DNA of 64,000 bases from Barthelona sp. PCE. Lineage: Eukaryota. Below are positions 44,718-55,788 of the stretch, piece after piece (the stretch's first letter is position 1; each line of letters begins with the position of its first letter). Made by a program: the position numbers and the translations under genes. Under the pieces are notes generated by a model. It saw only the letters and a list, made by a program, of their open reading frames with translations. It searched no databases and was not told the DNA's origin. The stretch is from assembly GCA_040285745.1 (NCBI GenBank), contig JAUFOR010000002.1:186001-250000 (forward strand). Reading direction: 5' to 3'.

Positions 44718-47700
44718 ATGTCGCAACGAGAAAGACAAGGCAAGAACAAACAATCAAAGATTTTGACGCAGCGAAGAGAAGTTACACTGAATAGCATTAC
44801 GCATAAGCGTTACGAAGATGTAATCGACCGTATTGTTAATGAAGGCAGTCAACCCATGATGACTGACGAAATTATAAGCAAGGCATTGACTTATCCTGCC
44901 TTTTTAGATTTTGAGAGCGTTGTTGAAGGAGTTCGATTGGGAGAATATGTGTACGGAGAAGTAAGGTTTCTTACATACAACGTAGGATATGTTACACCAT
45001 TAAATCCTCCTCAAGAATGGAAAATTGATGCACCCAAACTGGCATATCATCCCATTAGAGTTGAAAAGACTTTTCTGAACAGATGTCTTCATGGTGATAA
45101 GGTTGTTGTCCAACTGCTCCATGAAAAATATGATGCTCCAAATGCAACAATTCTTAAGCATGAGATCGAGAGTAGGTATATTGAGGATAAATGGTCTGAA
45201 GTTACGTTCGCCCCGGCCATCGAGCGTATCGGCCCCGACAACCACATGACCCCAGAAATAGACCCAAGAGGTCTTGTTATTCATATTGTCAAAAGAGAAC
45301 AATCTCACAATATTATAGGAATGTTGCAATCAGGAACACATCAGTTCCGTCCAATTTCTAAACGTGTCCCTGATGCACTCATTGGAAAACACCCAATGAC
45401 TAGTACCGATTCATACTTCAAAGCACTTGAAGAAGAAAGTTTTGGTAGTTATTACAGCGCCAAGTACCTTGAGCCGTCAGAAAGTGACAATCGCTTTGGA
45501 TGTTACATCACTGATCGGCTCGGTGCTGTTGGTCAGGTAGATATCGAAACAGAGGTTCTTGTGAAGGGTAACGGTCTCGAAATGGAGTTCAAACAAGAAG
45601 TTTTGGATCATGTTGAGGAGTTACGCCCCATAATGAACGAGCTTGCTCAGGAACATGCTGATTTTTTGATGAGGAGAGACCTTAGCGTTATTGATGGTCA
45701 TCTCAACATCGTCAACGAATCAGAACGTTCAATTTTGAACGATGTTAACTGTCATACTGAATCTGTTAGAACACCGGTGCACATGGGCAAACCACTCAGC
45801 AATGATCCCAAGGTTGTTTTCCACGACCTTGTTGAGGAGGACCTGGGTGTTTTCGTTACTATTGATCCCCCAACAGCACGCGATCTTGATGATGCCATCT
45901 CTATCAGATCAATGGAGTTCGAGGGCGCACAGTACCATCTTGTCGGTGTCCATATCGCGGACGTCAGTCACTTCATCATACAGGATGAAGAAATTGATCG
46001 GACAGCGCAGCAGAGATGTGCCACTCTGTATCTTGTTCATCATGTGATTCCCATGCTTCCTCGACTATTTGCAGACGATCAGTGCTCATTACACTGTCTT
46101 GATTACGACTCGAACGGACAGCCGAAGCTGACAAAGGACAATCCGAAGAACGCTTTTTCATTGGTGTTCTTGATGGACGATGCTGGAAATGTTATCTGTG
46201 AGCCATGGATGGGTAAAGTTAAGGCTGACTCGCATGCTCGCCTTGATTACGATCAGGCAACCATGATGATTAATCACCGTGAACATGAGCTTATTGATAT
46301 TTACAAGTACACAGGTGATATGCTTGATAAACCTCGCACAGTTGAAGGGGTGAACCGTGTTGTTGACAAGCGTACAAACATCACCATGGATAACCTCGCT
46401 GATGGTGTCCGTAAGCTTAACCACCTTTCAGTGTGCATGTCTGACCGAAAAACTGATTCGTTCAATTTTAATACAGGCGAACTACGTTTTGACATTGAGA
46501 TTCCACGCGGTGTGGATCCCACGTCCGTAAAGGTTCTTGTACCCAAGGAACTCAAGGTAGAGCGTCATGAAGAACACGATTCACATGCGCTCGTTGAGGA
46601 GTTTATGATTCTTGCCAATAACTGGTGTTCAAAGATCCAACTCATGACATTCCCTGGCTACGCGGTATCTCGTTGTCACGGGTCACCAAAGGACAAGGGT
46701 ATGGAGCGTTTCATTATGTTCCAGAGTATATTGTCTGAGGAACTTGAAGAGGGTTTTGAGCTACTCTCAACATTCGATCTCCTGAACGGTGTCAAGTTCA
46801 ACGAAGTGCTGAAGATGGTCGACGATGCTATCAACAATGACGTACGAATTCACAAGGTGCTCACTAATGAACAATTTTCACTCTCTTTCTCTTTCATGAT
46901 TCTCCTGTCAATGGAGCGCGCCACATACACTGGCTCCACCTCTGCGTTTGAATCTTTCATCAACATGATGTCCAGCGAACATGAACTCTCATATGAGACC
47001 ATCGTTGAACAGGCTTTCAATGGTCTGCGTCACTTTGCTCTCAACATCAACTATTACGCTCATTTCACTTCACCTATTCGTAGATACCCTGACATTATGG
47101 CACACCGTATTATGTCACTAATGATTGCAAACAGTAACTTTAACATTGCAAAAGGTCAACATTCACGTAATCCTGCGTTTAGATTGCTTTCATGTCTCAA
47201 TGTCAAGAGAGATCTACACAACATTCTCACTGATCATGTGTTACGCCCTATCGACCGGAAGAGCGTATTGGCACATCTACTACCTTTACGAGCGACCTTT
47301 CTACCTTTAGCTACTCGTTGCCTTAAAGCGCCTTTATTCAATTTGCCCCAGCTCAATGTTGATGAGCTTAAAGAAATTAGCATTTTCGCTCCATGGTTCA
47401 AGCCCACAGTGTTCCATGGAGAACATGTTCCTGGAGATGTTGATTGGTGGGTACAACAGTGCTCCATGTGTTCAGATCAGACCATGTTGATAGACAACGT
47501 CAGTTCTTCTCATCAGAACGTATTCCTTGGTTACTACCTCAGCGAACATCCAGACATGACATTCGAGGCAACTGTTATTGGCGTCAGTGATGGTAAGATT
47601 GAAGTGTTCATTCCTGATCTCGCATTGGTTAGAAAGATCCCATTCGAGGCATTCATTGGTAACAGTTCATGGCCCAATGATAAGAGGGTTGCAACCGTTG

Positions 47701-48437
47701 TTGCTGCACTTGAGGAGGGTGGGTCATACTGTTCTATTGTTTCAAGTGTTCCGTATCTCTTTACCTTCTGGCCTTCAGAGCGCCAACTTCCACTGCTCCC
47801 TAATGATTTGAGACGTATTACAACAATACTTCGAAACAATGAAGTTTCCGTGAACAAGCCTATGAAGAATCATCCTTTGTTTAAGCGTGATTTTAGGGTA
47901 TTTGACTCTGTCACTGTTCAATTACGTCGTGATATCCGTAACTTGAGTAGGCTTGATCTCGAGTTGCGCATTGTTGATGAATCCGATAAGTGGATTGTAA
48001 TTCCCAACGAGGAAATAGAGCTTATCAATCCTGACGACAATTCCTTCCGAGCGTACGCACACCAGGCACCATTCATTGCTGTTCCACATTCATGCCCTGC
48101 TATGCCAGATGAAGTTGTTGAGGAATACATGAACACTGATATGCTAAAGACACTTAAGAAGTGCTACAATATTGCGCTTCAGTCAAAAGAGATCACTATG
48201 TCGGACAAGAGCGTTGAGCGCTTGTATAACTATGATTCAAAGAAAATTACAATGCTTAATAAGAATTTACTGGCGAGAGTTCAGTCAAAGTTTGGTGCAG
48301 GAAACAACCCTACTGACCAAAAGAAAGAAGATGAATCCGAACAAAAAAGTGGCGAGGTGAGTGAAATGCCAAAGCCTAAGAAGAGACGTCGTAATAGGCG
48401 TAAGAAGAAGAAGAATCAGCAGCAGAATCAAGAATAA
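44718..48437 (+). CDS. DIS3L2: RNase II/RNB family 3'-5' exoribonuclease, Dis3L2-like
   Basis: NRCLHGD.VVV cold-shock domain, TIDPPTARDLDDAIS, VGVHIADVS, LVEEFMILAN, HFALN...YAHFTSPIRRYPD..AHR; no PIN domain recognised. Confidence 0.82.
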   Translation: MSQRERQGKNKQSKILTQRREVTLNSITHKRYEDVIDRIVNEGSQPMMTDEIISKALTYPAFLDFESVVEGVRLGEYVYGEVRFLTYNVGYVTPLNPPQEWKIDAPKLAYHPIRVEKTFLNRCLHGDKVVVQLLHEKYDAPNATILKHEIESRYIEDKWSEVTFAPAIERIGPDNHMTPEIDPRGLVIHIVKREQSHNIIGMLQSGTHQFRPISKRVPDALIGKHPMTSTDSYFKALEEESFGSYYSAKYLEPSESDNRFGCYITDRLGAVGQVDIETEVLVKGNGLEMEFKQEVLDHVEELRPIMNELAQEHADFLMRRDLSVIDGHLNIVNESERSILNDVNCHTESVRTPVHMGKPLSNDPKVVFHDLVEEDLGVFVTIDPPTARDLDDAISIRSMEFEGAQYHLVGVHIADVSHFIIQDEEIDRTAQQRCATLYLVHHVIPMLPRLFADDQCSLHCLDYDSNGQPKLTKDNPKNAFSLVFLMDDAGNVICEPWMGKVKADSHARLDYDQATMMINHREHELIDIYKYTGDMLDKPRTVEGVNRVVDKRTNITMDNLADGVRKLNHLSVCMSDRKTDSFNFNTGELRFDIEIPRGVDPTSVKVLVPKELKVERHEEHDSHALVEEFMILANNWCSKIQLMTFPGYAVSRCHGSPKDKGMERFIMFQSILSEELEEGFELLSTFDLLNGVKFNEVLKMVDDAINNDVRIHKVLTNEQFSLSFSFMILLSMERATYTGSTSAFESFINMMSSEHELSYETIVEQAFNGLRHFALNINYYAHFTSPIRRYPDIMAHRIMSLMIANSNFNIAKGQHSRNPAFRLLSCLNVKRDLHNILTDHVLRPIDRKSVLAHLLPLRATFLPLATRCLKAPLFNLPQLNVDELKEISIFAPWFKPTVFHGEHVPGDVDWWVQQCSMCSDQTMLIDNVSSSHQNVFLGYYLSEHPDMTFEATVIGVSDGKIEVFIPDLALVRKIPFEAFIGNSSWPNDKRVATVVAALEEGGSYCSIVSSVPYLFTFWPSERQLPLLPNDLRRITTILRNNEVSVNKPMKNHPLFKRDFRVFDSVTVQLRRDIRNLSRLDLELRIVDESDKWIVIPNEEIELINPDDNSFRAYAHQAPFIAVPHSCPAMPDEVVEEYMNTDMLKTLKKCYNIALQSKEITMSDKSVERLYNYDSKKITMLNKNLLARVQSKFGAGNNPTDQKKEDESEQKSGEVSEMPKPKKRRRNRRKKKKNQQQNQE

Positions 48438-48438
48438 A

Positions 48439-51400
48439 TTACCAAAAAGGACACCAACCAAAATAGGCTTGTGCAAGATTCTCAGAACTGGAGGCTGAAA
48501 GAATTAAGCGCTCAACTTGTTCTTCAACAGAGATCGTTTTTTGATTACTATCGTCAAATTCAACACCATAAAGCTTTTGACGTACGCGCTCGATTGCATT
48601 CAATGCTTTTTCATTTAGTAATGCTGTTGCATCAGAATCCTGACGAACTGGAACAATTGTATCGTCCAGATCCTCATCGAATTGCTCTTCATATGTGTCA
48701 GGATTGAAAGGCTGGGGTGCAATTAGACGGAAACTCAAAATTGGATCATAAATAAACGCTTCGAGCAATGCTTGAATTGTTTCACGGTTGTGACGCACTA
48801 GTTCCATAACGTTCTGTGCGGTCTGACGGAAAATACCTTCAATTCCAGAGATACCCATAGCCTTAATGAGAGTTCGAGTAAGTCGGAAAGGAACCTTTTC
48901 AGGGTAACGATCACGAATCATTGCAACCTCGAAACAATCACCGAAATCAATATGAATGATGTTACCAGCGTTACGATTGATCATAATATTGGCCAAGTGG
49001 CGATCACCCAAACCAATAATATAACCAACCATGCTCATGGTTGCTAAAGAACGAGTAAAGAATGAGCGATGATTCAGCCACAACTCGCATGAACGTGCAC
49101 GAAGCCAAATCATACGGGCAAGATCATTACCGGGATTGGAATTGATACCGGCCTCGAACACAAACAATTTCTGTAATACACTGAGATGTTGATAGTTATC
49201 TGTGTATTGTCGCATACGACGGACTTCACAATCATAAACAACACCGTACCTCACTCTGTAGTCACGGATCAAGCTGTGCAACGTATCACAACCATCAACC
49301 CATGAAAGGAGACCAGTCTTTGTATTGAGAGGGATAGCTCGGAAAGTTTGAATGGCAACAGACTTGCCTGAGAAACGCATGTCACTCTTACAAATACTGT
49401 CAATGTAGTCGAGAATTTGCATAAAACGTTCGTCTTGACGAAGATCTTCATGACCCTTAAGCAAATATATATAATCACGACCGTCAGTTCCCACAATTGT
49501 CACCTGACGGGGGCGCTGTTTGGTGGGATATATTGAAAGACGTTCCCTAAAGCAACGAATACGTGGAGTATCATCCTTCTTTGAGTAAAAACCTGGAAGA
49601 TGTAGTGATAAATCTGAAGCTTTCTTTAAATCCGGTGATGTATGACACAAATCAATGTGGTCAGTTGCAAGTGAAGCCTTAAGTTCACGAACAATACTGC
49701 TATAGTTCTGAAATGCTTCGGAAATATGCGCCGAACTGGAGGCAGAATTAGTTTTGGTCTTCTGTAAGCAATCATATGCCTGTTGTAACCGGACGCCAAA
49801 CATTGCCTTGAACGACTTCTCCGAACGTGTTTGCATCTCTCCATTAAGTTCAGCATGAAGAGGAATCAACAGATCGAGCACACCTTGAGTGTCTTTAGAT
49901 TCACCGTGATAGAGCTTGATCGCCTTGTCGATAGCGCTGTGCCACTTCTCACTAAGCAAAACTGCTACTCTAATAAGTTCATTGCGTACTAGTGCTGCAT
50001 CGGAAAGCAACATGCCGTGCCTGTTACCTAACTTGTCAAACAAACGTTTAGCAAACTCTCTGATACCAGGGTTACTGTCATCAGCAGCAACCTGCAACGA
50101 CCAGACCAGAGCCTGGGCGTGATGGTCCACCAGCTGTCCCAACAGGGAAGATATGATAGCTCCATGTGTATTGAGACGGGCAATGATCTGCGGGATAACA
50201 GCAAGCCAGACATTAATAGGGAGACCAGACACCAGAGATGTAGCCTTCTCAATGCTATGGTTATATTTAATCCAAACATCTAACAAACGTAACTTATCCT
50301 GAAGATCTGTGTCACCACCAATTTCAACGGCTCGACAGAATGCTTCTAAAGCAGTCTTTGCAACGCGAACAAGATCGACATCATCCATAGTTGACTCGTT
50401 TTCCATCTTCTTCAAGATGTCCCATAGCCTGGTAGCATAGAGATGCCACGGCTTGTAGGAGTTGGGATCAACCATGGTTGCATAACTGTAAAGACTGAGG
50501 AGTTCTGGTGAATCTGGAGCAAATATTAGTGACTGATCAATAGAAGGATCACTTTTAACGTGCCACTGGCCAAGTTTCATGAATATCTTTGACTTTAGCT
50601 TGTTGTTGACAGGTCTGAACTCATGTTCAAATGTTCCATTCTGAATATTTTCAACAAAATTCGTCATCATATCAAACGCAGCCGCTCTTTTACCGCATCT
50701 GTACATATGCTTCAAATAGACGTAATCAACATGGTGATTATGCTCTCCAATAAGGATTTCAAGTATACGACTTGCTTGCTTCTCAACATTAAACCGGTTG
50801 CACAGTTGTACATACTGCAAATACAGGTCAATATCCTCATTCTTTGGAATAACGGTGCTTCTCAACAGTAAAAGTTGTCGCCAAACTTCTTCGGTCATGC
50901 TACAACCTTCCATACGTTTGTTCCACATTTGCTTGAACCTCTCTTTCTCAAAATCACGATTAGAAGCAAGTTGTGAGTATTCAATCTGTTCCTCGAGTTC
51001 TGCTAGTTGTTGCATGATGAGCAGTAAGTTATAGGCACGGTCATACGACTCGATGATAAGTGGACGAATCTTAACAGAGGTTTGTTCACGACACTTGTTG
51101 ATCCACTCGCGACAGAGCTTGAAATCCTGTCTCTTAAACGCCAGGATGGATCGGAAAAACGTACCAGTGACAGACAGAGATGACATGTCAGATTCTACAA
51201 CATTACGCATTGTTCCCCAATCCTGAAGATTCCAAGCCGCACTAGCTGCAAGATTGGACGCATCAACCTGATCTTTTGACGATACAGAAACGTGTTCAGC
51301 GTCTCGAAGATTAATGGTCGAGTTTGTGTGCTTCAGTTTAACAAGAGTCTCTTGGAATGCGTGATATGCAGTAATAACACGCTCCCAATCACCCAGTTTG

Positions 51401-54400
51401 TATAAGCAACGAATACGACCAAGACAGAGAGGGATCTGCTTCTCTGGGTTGGTCTCGCTTTCAACCTCCTTACCATAAAGATCATAGGCCTTCTCATAGT
51501 AATTGAGCTGTTCGTACCAACTTGCCTTGATTGTTTTAATATGACGAATGAGTTTGTTCGAGTGACAGTGAATCATTACGCCCAATGCACCTTGGTGCTC
51601 GTGCAGAGTATTGTTGAGAGAAATAATATTCTCAACTGTTCGAGCTGGTGACGACTCAAACACCTGCTCACAGTAGTAGAGAGACTTGGCGTACGCATCA
51701 CACTTCGCAGCGAGATCCGCAAGCACTGAAGGACTGATATTAAGTGAAATAGAGCGATGCTCTAAAAACTCGCACAAATTCAGCAGTTTCAATAACAGAT
51801 CGTTGGGAATTGTCTTCGAACTGATGGCAAGTTCAACACTCTCAGTGAGTTCCTTCTGTGCATCAGGACTGCTGTGATATACTTCAGCGAATGCAACATT
51901 GAAAACATCATATAATAAAGGCGTGTGATGTTGGGCAACAGTCTTGAGGCAACGTAACACCGGAATGGGATTGTGCTCAAGAAGTTTTGTGCTGAAATCT
52001 TGGAACCAATTAAGCCATTCTTCTCTTGTTGCGTTTTCATGAGATACGTTAAGCGTGCCCATTATGGAGTCTGTGAAGTCAAAAGACGCAATCTGACGTG
52101 TTGCAGGGCTTGATTCTTGGATTATTTCTTTGCGAAGTGGGTTGGGACCCAGAATAGTCTTTTTGCTCGTTGATACCTTGGATGGATTACGGCAAACAGA
52201 GCGTACCAGGTCCAGATAACGTGTGTGTGAGATATGGTTGCGCTCAAGACATTTCTGAACTGTTGGAACAAACAAAACATATGTGCTTCCAAAGTGCTGA
52301 ACCAGTCGACACAGAGTGTCCATGACAGTACTGTGAAGGAAACGAGGCGCAGAGTTAAGCGTCTCACAAATCATGTGGACGAGCATGCTCGAGTACATAG
52401 TGAGATCGACAATTGATGCGAGCTTACCCAGCGTTTGGAACGTTTTAATCACTGTTTGATCGTTAACATCATCTGCTGAAATAAGTTGCATCATCGTTGG
52501 AATCACCAAGAATAACCAGTCATCGAGCTTTTCTCCAAGAATAACGAGTGTGTCGAGTACTTTGTCAGCAATAAGACAGTTGAAGTTGATATTTGGTTTC
52601 AATGTGTCCAAAAGTAAGGGCATAATCATAGGCATGTACTGTCTGAACTCGTCTGACAATGCACGGCTGAGCTCCTCGATGAGACGCACAATCTGTAACT
52701 GAAGACCGCTTCTCCAACACTCGTTAATAAGGTAGAAGAGTGAATCAACATGAATCTGGATTTGCTCCTTAACAACGCTCACAAGATTGGCAAACGACTT
52801 AAATAGCGCCTCCTGAAGACTTTCATCTACCATACGGATGGCACGAATAAATGTACGCATCACAGCAGGAAGCAATTGAACAACGTACTGATCTGATTGC
52901 TCAAAAATATGTGTGATTGAGTTGGCAATAGCCTTACGAAGCGCTGTCTCATTGTTGTTGTTGAAGATATCCAGCAACAACCTGATAACAAGATCAGCTG
53001 TATAGTGTTTATCGTTAGCGCTCAGTGTTTGTGTATTCTCAGGCTTCTTCTTGGTCTTGTCAGTTGAAGCTTGCATAACCTTGATGAGATTAGGATCGAT
53101 GGCTCCGATCGTACCGATGAGATGAAATAATTTGACAGTCAACTCATCGTCGTAATCCGTGGATGCCTCTGTCAAAAGAGAATCGAGTAAGTTGGGCCAA
53201 AGATGATAAGGTTTCGTTGTGAAACCGGTAGACCGCACAATTGCACTCATTGCATCGATACAACACTTTTTAACCTGCACAGAACCATAGCCCAAAACGT
53301 TCTGAAGCAATGATAACAGACTAGTGATGATACTTTCATCAATTGATGGTCCACCAACAAGACACACCTGACTAAGCAGTTTCAAAAGAGATGAAAGATA
53401 TGGACCTGGGTATGCAACGTTAATTTCAAACTTTTTCTGCAAAAACGTAACGATAGTTGGACAATATGGTCGAACAAGTTCAGGAGCAGCCTGTGTGAGG
53501 TGTCTTAGCAATAGTGGAACAGAAGGATCACTGTTTCCTTCCCATACAATTTCTGTAAGTAAATGCAAAAGAAGATTGCGGAGGGTAGGAAGAATGGATG
53601 CAGAATTTTTGAAAGCAAGTCGGCCGAGCAACTCAATCGAGGCTACGCGGATATCATAATCACGGTCATTAAGTGTGATTGACAGTGCCCGAAGCGCTTC
53701 AGGTTGAGATAGTGATTTGTCATAGCGAATATCAAGGCATTGTAAAACAGTACGCCTAATGTTACAGTCTGCATCACCTACAGCTGTCACGAGCAAGTGT
53801 GAAAGCACATCGTGCACAATAGTTGTTTGAAAATGACCCAGATGCAAACCATTCGGAGGGATTAATAAGGCACAAATAGTTTTGACTGCCTCCAAACGAA
53901 CACTCGGTTCGTCATATTCAAGGAATGCTACGAGTGCATCCTTTACGAAGACAGTAAGTGTGATACTTGCAAAACTGAAAGAACGTAGTGCTCTAAAGAC
54001 ACTAACCAGCTTCTCAGGCTTGTTGTTAGCAGGTGGCTTTGGTGGTAAACTGAAGGGTAAGCGTCCCATTGCATTCTTCATCTCAAAGAAAGCCTGCTTC
54101 TCAAACGCGCGTAATTCACGTGTATCAAGATCATAAAGAGTAATCTGCGAAATAGAGATGAGCTTGAATTGAACCTCCAACAGTAGTGATGGATCAACCA
54201 AGACAATCTCTTGAAGTACGCTACATACATGCTCACTAAGTGGTAACCTAAACACCAGATCAAGGACACGTGTTGTACATGTACTAGTATCAACAACCTC
54301 CTTTTTCTGCTCCTTTTTAAGACGCAGTGAGCGAGTGATTGCTGCAAGTGCTCGTAAAATAATACAATCTTCGATGTTAAGCTTGCCACGAAGGGAACGT

Positions 54401-55482
54401 TCAATAATTTGTTCAATAATATCAATCGTCTCTGAGAAATGCATGGAAAAACGACCACCAACAGCGTGAGCAATTTTAGTAATTGACTCAAGTGCTACCT
54501 TCTTGTAGTACTTAGAGTCAGCAGCAACAGTCAACAAAAACGCCAAAATCTGATGATAATCGTGCATTCCAAACTGATCTGGTAAAACATCAGTAATAAT
54601 ACCTAACAAACGCACTACTTCGCTATGGATAACACCCTTACGAGAGTTACGAAATGCCCAAACAACCTCATATATCTTATATATATACTGCGAAAGAAAA
54701 TCAAGCGAGACATTAAGCACAAACTCGCCTAAAGCCATCAGGTATCCCCGAATAACATCACTTGTGATACTGTTCGTTGTGGATAGGCCTTGCATGAGAG
54801 AGTTATAACATACTTCAAATAGACGATTCCTACGATCATTATCTCTGTTATTAATAATATTCAGTGTATTACTAAACGCACGAACAGCTTTACGTGCAAT
54901 CGTCTGTTTGGAATCAGTAATTCCAATCCAAATTATGTTGAGGAAGTCGTTGATGCGAGTAGCAAAAATGATTGGACTATTAGCGGCGAGTTCACACAAA
55001 TTACAAACAAAAGAATATCGTTTTAAATCATTAGACTCTCGTTGAAGACCTTCAAGGGCGACAGACAAATCGTGGGATACAAACTTATGCATTGTTGTTC
55101 CACAAGACACGGAAAGATGACCCAAAACTTTGGAACTTAATTCTGCTAATATCTCTGAACTAGCCATAAAGTGACGAATGTAATGAGCACAGAACGAAAC
55201 CTTTGCGATAGGATCACCGAATTGAATGTCAACCAACTCATCAACGATCTTTAAGCCAAGTAACCAAAAATACGTCTGCTTCATGCTTCTAAATCGCTTC
55301 AGGTATGCGTATATCGATTTCGTGAACAATAGAACATGTTCTGGTGATAAGTCTTTGTAATGCTGCTCAATTGCTTCCCTAATCTCCATTGCTGCAAGTG
55401 ATGCAGCTTCGAGCTCGTTCTTTGGCATCTTGTTCAGTGAGCATTGCTGCTCTAGTAATTCTATAGGCCGTGATTCGACCAT
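48439..55482 (-). CDS. TOR: Target of rapamycin kinase (HEAT, FAT, FRB, PI3K-like kinase, FATC)
   Basis: LLKGHEDLRQDER, GYIIGLGDRH, HIDFGDCFEVAM.R..YPEKVPFRLTR, C-terminal GWCPFW. Confidence 0.98.
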   Translation of the reverse strand: MVESRPIELLEQQCSLNKMPKNELEAASLAAMEIREAIEQHYKDLSPEHVLLFTKSIYAYLKRFRSMKQTYFWLLGLKIVDELVDIQFGDPIAKVSFCAHYIRHFMASSEILAELSSKVLGHLSVSCGTTMHKFVSHDLSVALEGLQRESNDLKRYSFVCNLCELAANSPIIFATRINDFLNIIWIGITDSKQTIARKAVRAFSNTLNIINNRDNDRRNRLFEVCYNSLMQGLSTTNSITSDVIRGYLMALGEFVLNVSLDFLSQYIYKIYEVVWAFRNSRKGVIHSEVVRLLGIITDVLPDQFGMHDYHQILAFLLTVAADSKYYKKVALESITKIAHAVGGRFSMHFSETIDIIEQIIERSLRGKLNIEDCIILRALAAITRSLRLKKEQKKEVVDTSTCTTRVLDLVFRLPLSEHVCSVLQEIVLVDPSLLLEVQFKLISISQITLYDLDTRELRAFEKQAFFEMKNAMGRLPFSLPPKPPANNKPEKLVSVFRALRSFSFASITLTVFVKDALVAFLEYDEPSVRLEAVKTICALLIPPNGLHLGHFQTTIVHDVLSHLLVTAVGDADCNIRRTVLQCLDIRYDKSLSQPEALRALSITLNDRDYDIRVASIELLGRLAFKNSASILPTLRNLLLHLLTEIVWEGNSDPSVPLLLRHLTQAAPELVRPYCPTIVTFLQKKFEINVAYPGPYLSSLLKLLSQVCLVGGPSIDESIITSLLSLLQNVLGYGSVQVKKCCIDAMSAIVRSTGFTTKPYHLWPNLLDSLLTEASTDYDDELTVKLFHLIGTIGAIDPNLIKVMQASTDKTKKKPENTQTLSANDKHYTADLVIRLLLDIFNNNNETALRKAIANSITHIFEQSDQYVVQLLPAVMRTFIRAIRMVDESLQEALFKSFANLVSVVKEQIQIHVDSLFYLINECWRSGLQLQIVRLIEELSRALSDEFRQYMPMIMPLLLDTLKPNINFNCLIADKVLDTLVILGEKLDDWLFLVIPTMMQLISADDVNDQTVIKTFQTLGKLASIVDLTMYSSMLVHMICETLNSAPRFLHSTVMDTLCRLVQHFGSTYVLFVPTVQKCLERNHISHTRYLDLVRSVCRNPSKVSTSKKTILGPNPLRKEIIQESSPATRQIASFDFTDSIMGTLNVSHENATREEWLNWFQDFSTKLLEHNPIPVLRCLKTVAQHHTPLLYDVFNVAFAEVYHSSPDAQKELTESVELAISSKTIPNDLLLKLLNLCEFLEHRSISLNISPSVLADLAAKCDAYAKSLYYCEQVFESSPARTVENIISLNNTLHEHQGALGVMIHCHSNKLIRHIKTIKASWYEQLNYYEKAYDLYGKEVESETNPEKQIPLCLGRIRCLYKLGDWERVITAYHAFQETLVKLKHTNSTINLRDAEHVSVSSKDQVDASNLAASAAWNLQDWGTMRNVVESDMSSLSVTGTFFRSILAFKRQDFKLCREWINKCREQTSVKIRPLIIESYDRAYNLLLIMQQLAELEEQIEYSQLASNRDFEKERFKQMWNKRMEGCSMTEEVWRQLLLLRSTVIPKNEDIDLYLQYVQLCNRFNVEKQASRILEILIGEHNHHVDYVYLKHMYRCGKRAAAFDMMTNFVENIQNGTFEHEFRPVNNKLKSKIFMKLGQWHVKSDPSIDQSLIFAPDSPELLSLYSYATMVDPNSYKPWHLYATRLWDILKKMENESTMDDVDLVRVAKTALEAFCRAVEIGGDTDLQDKLRLLDVWIKYNHSIEKATSLVSGLPINVWLAVIPQIIARLNTHGAIISSLLGQLVDHHAQALVWSLQVAADDSNPGIREFAKRLFDKLGNRHGMLLSDAALVRNELIRVAVLLSEKWHSAIDKAIKLYHGESKDTQGVLDLLIPLHAELNGEMQTRSEKSFKAMFGVRLQQAYDCLQKTKTNSASSSAHISEAFQNYSSIVRELKASLATDHIDLCHTSPDLKKASDLSLHLPGFYSKKDDTPRIRCFRERLSIYPTKQRPRQVTIVGTDGRDYIYLLKGHEDLRQDERFMQILDYIDSICKSDMRFSGKSVAIQTFRAIPLNTKTGLLSWVDGCDTLHSLIRDYRVRYGVVYDCEVRRMRQYTDNYQHLSVLQKLFVFEAGINSNPGNDLARMIWLRARSCELWLNHRSFFTRSLATMSMVGYIIGLGDRHLANIMINRNAGNIIHIDFGDCFEVAMIRDRYPEKVPFRLTRTLIKAMGISGIEGIFRQTAQNVMELVRHNRETIQALLEAFIYDPILSFRLIAPQPFNPDTYEEQFDEDLDDTIVPVRQDSDATALLNEKALNAIERVRQKLYGVEFDDSNQKTISVEEQVERLILSASSSENLAQAYFGWCPFW

Positions 55483-55788
55483 AAACTGGGATGAAAAAAA
55501 GAAAACAACTTGTAAATCCTAGAATATCTTGTACAACCATGTCCCTGTTATTTTTACTGTATGGGCTGATCATATACGTGAGATGGAAGAAGAAATCGAT
55601 TCTTGCCTGGATAATTTCTTCTGTCTCAATTTATGGAATGAAGAACTTTTAATGTTCGTTAAGCCGAGCATAAATAAAAATCATTAAGAATGCAACACAA
55701 ATATGACTCTTAAAAAAAAACACAAAGATGTTTCAAGTATCTTATCTCTTTCTTTGATATTTGTTTATTTGCAAAAGAATTTTCAACG

